DNA from: a virus
Lineage: Duplodnaviria; Caudoviricetes
DNA: 64,000 bases
IMG/VR virus record: IMGVR_UViG_3300032269_001670
Span: 1 to 64,000 of that record
Strand: one strand, 5' to 3'
Part shown: piece after piece, positions 63,501-64,000 of the stretch
How the letters are laid out: every line of letters starts with the position of its first letter
Numbering within the stretch: the first letter of the stretch is position 1
Notes under the pieces: model-generated
What the model was told of the DNA's origin: nothing
What the model saw: the letters and a program-made list of their open reading frames with translations, nothing else
Databases searched by the model: none
Program-made: the position numbers and the translations under genes

Positions 63501-63996
63501 TGTAGGCATTGGAAAGAGCGCGCATTCCGGAGGTGCCCATATCCTTCTTTAGAGCTGCCCACTCCACCTTTCCTTCAGCCGTGTTTCTATTGTTGTAAAG
63601 TTCCCTGTAGCGGCCCATAACAAGGTTGGCAGTTTCTGGATTTAGGGCATTATTCCGAACAAAAGCATTCTGGGTTGCCCCAGGAACTAGCGCACCGGCC
63701 GGGATACCAGTAAGTTCCATACCATTTGCTGCGGCAAATTTAGGAAGAATATGCATTGCTGCTCGCATAAGCGCAGGGCTTCCGTACCCCATTCCAGCAA
63801 CCCCAGTTTGCCCAAGCGCCATTGTCGGAGAGGCGCCCATCATTGCCGCCAGCCCCTGTGGTTCATTTACAGAAAGACCATACAGCTTATTTCCGGCATA
63901 CATGCGCTTGCTGGCGCCAAATGCTCCACCCGCGCCCATAAAGCCACCCATGGCTCGGCTGTTTTGCATGCGTTCAAGTGCCTGGGCGGCAGCCAT
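60520..63996 (-). CDS. tape measure protein (5' end probably beyond the window)
   Basis: More than 1150 aa, Ala/Gly/Lys-rich helical, TM-like segment, C-terminal NIHNPQLNSAADIDRLAERV. Confidence 0.8.
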   Translation of the reverse strand: MAAAQALERMQNSRAMGGFMGAGGAFGASKRMYAGNKLYGLSVNEPQGLAAMMGASPTMALGQTGVAGMGYGSPALMRAAMHILPKFAAANGMELTGIPAGALVPGATQNAFVRNNALNPETANLVMGRYRELYNNRNTAEGKVEWAALKKDMGTSGMRALSNAYKEANQSSIAQLGQFVMKLKTTGLSLESLKTVIKAIAARAQMVGTAMMGIGMFTSLMGSALNSKTLTAIGDGLTQVGFGISGLAMAGNALKVAFGTMGLAIAGVLIAISALVGWWMDQQVTDEQRKAAADYQGAYSSQQTLLDYYGKTEYQKLFPNIPTNLPAPPEKPTAGKVQVGSTLYKTLIENGYSPEQALAYQPNEGEIKDQLDEWVKKLAAWQKEYLDKVSPEDLLRQNAQALILQSPDKLAGKMFLEGASFEQIAKATGKTVDQVKAMFKDLAGGSKEAQDAIAKVLSDNLDATGAALKEAQDAYQKALEPFQTDLARLTSRTQEIIQEMFDAEKKALEDEKAHALENTMVMYNGEMVRLGVLEEQYGAMKQQREEMDKMAELEKQRTAAAEAALDVFDASVAPLERARKAREAARDLFNQMGTNKLDQMSKAIEAGKGSVSYTETTTYYEDKAKALQKDQAERARSIQEQMDDLMKQIQEGRIGTAAAKQKFKDIFASAGLDLDVAQSQGYSFMSSFGDGFMKAMQNSVTKVFKALPGLIAKAAEAARQDKLYKAAQDALDIFNTGGQTKVTGKTYKEKYLADQKKSVQRVLAALGKKYANGKVDPGYFTTGGGKNIAQDKQDEIRALLVKTITGLNNQMANISDTAEIFASEVKSQDSAFRTALQGILLPNNQSLIEALTNALYGGGTGGPTSLGQANAQLFLPSYILPGGAAGGMISSAGQFMVGERGPEMIEVGQNGIRVVPNHKLPSWLRSSAGALGAVNMGLGGYAFGTGSGDSGMHNLNNMQDWQKTVARFGRNGQMGGDWKSALGMLLMRAGAPLGALAGKAGGLLERYVENGMKEGSWSYKLGQSWENLGQPGYEPGKFVQMASKLTFLQNWGLKALDNNGFSNYLSKDFLKTMGITGATIGGTMAEMSAPGFLMDLLTGGPRSMTPPNVHAHPSRSPISGTVNIHNPQLNSAADIDRLAERVAAAQARALRSTGYVKR

Positions 63997-64000
63997 GGTC

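Noticed and set aside
1-64000. Alternative genetic code (stop-codon reassignment), suggested by the abundant TGA repeats
   Set aside because: Long conserved genes are intact under the standard code, the TGA runs are intergenic, and there is no suppressor tRNA.

Overview
The window is about 64 kb of a tailed dsDNA bacteriophage genome in the standard genetic code; portal and capsid genes were not recognised. Left to right: (1) 0.1-5.3 kb, recombination/replication operon (Rad52/Sak-like annealase, RecB-type exonuclease, DnaC-like loader, RusA, SSB, thioredoxin), tRNA-Ile(UAU), an HNH gene and tRNA-Asn. (2) 5.3-22.5 kb, a leftward array of about 35 small, mostly unknown genes. They are built as repeated self-contained expression units: sigma70 promoter, 5' hairpin (usually with an RNUU loop), RBS, ORF, intrinsic terminator. 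In the left half the units are separated by spacers of (TNNGGGG)n G-tracts and (TGA/TGAA)n microsatellites. One slot (about 14.1-14.55 kb) holds an apparently ORF-less, highly structured RNA of about 430 nt. (3) 22.5-23.3 kb, a strand switch with an 11-bp-period GAATAAC array and a structured leader. (4) 23.3-31.9 kb, small genes including a sigma region 3.2/4-only protein, a LexA DNA-binding-domain-only protein, a methyltransferase, ParB, a DPBB protein, and a 72-nt tRNA/tmRNA-like RNA with a G3:U70 alanine determinant. (5) 32-40.4 kb, glycosyltransferase/epimerase/Nmad1 cluster and a secreted subtilisin. (6) 40.4-42.4 kb, terminase. (7) 43-64 kb, tail fibres, a PT-repeat membrane protein, holin/endolysin, tail proteins and a tape measure gene cut by the window edge. 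All protein calls are by motif recognition from the translations; no database was searched. The host is unknown; a Chloroflexota- or Actinomycetota-like host is only inferred.
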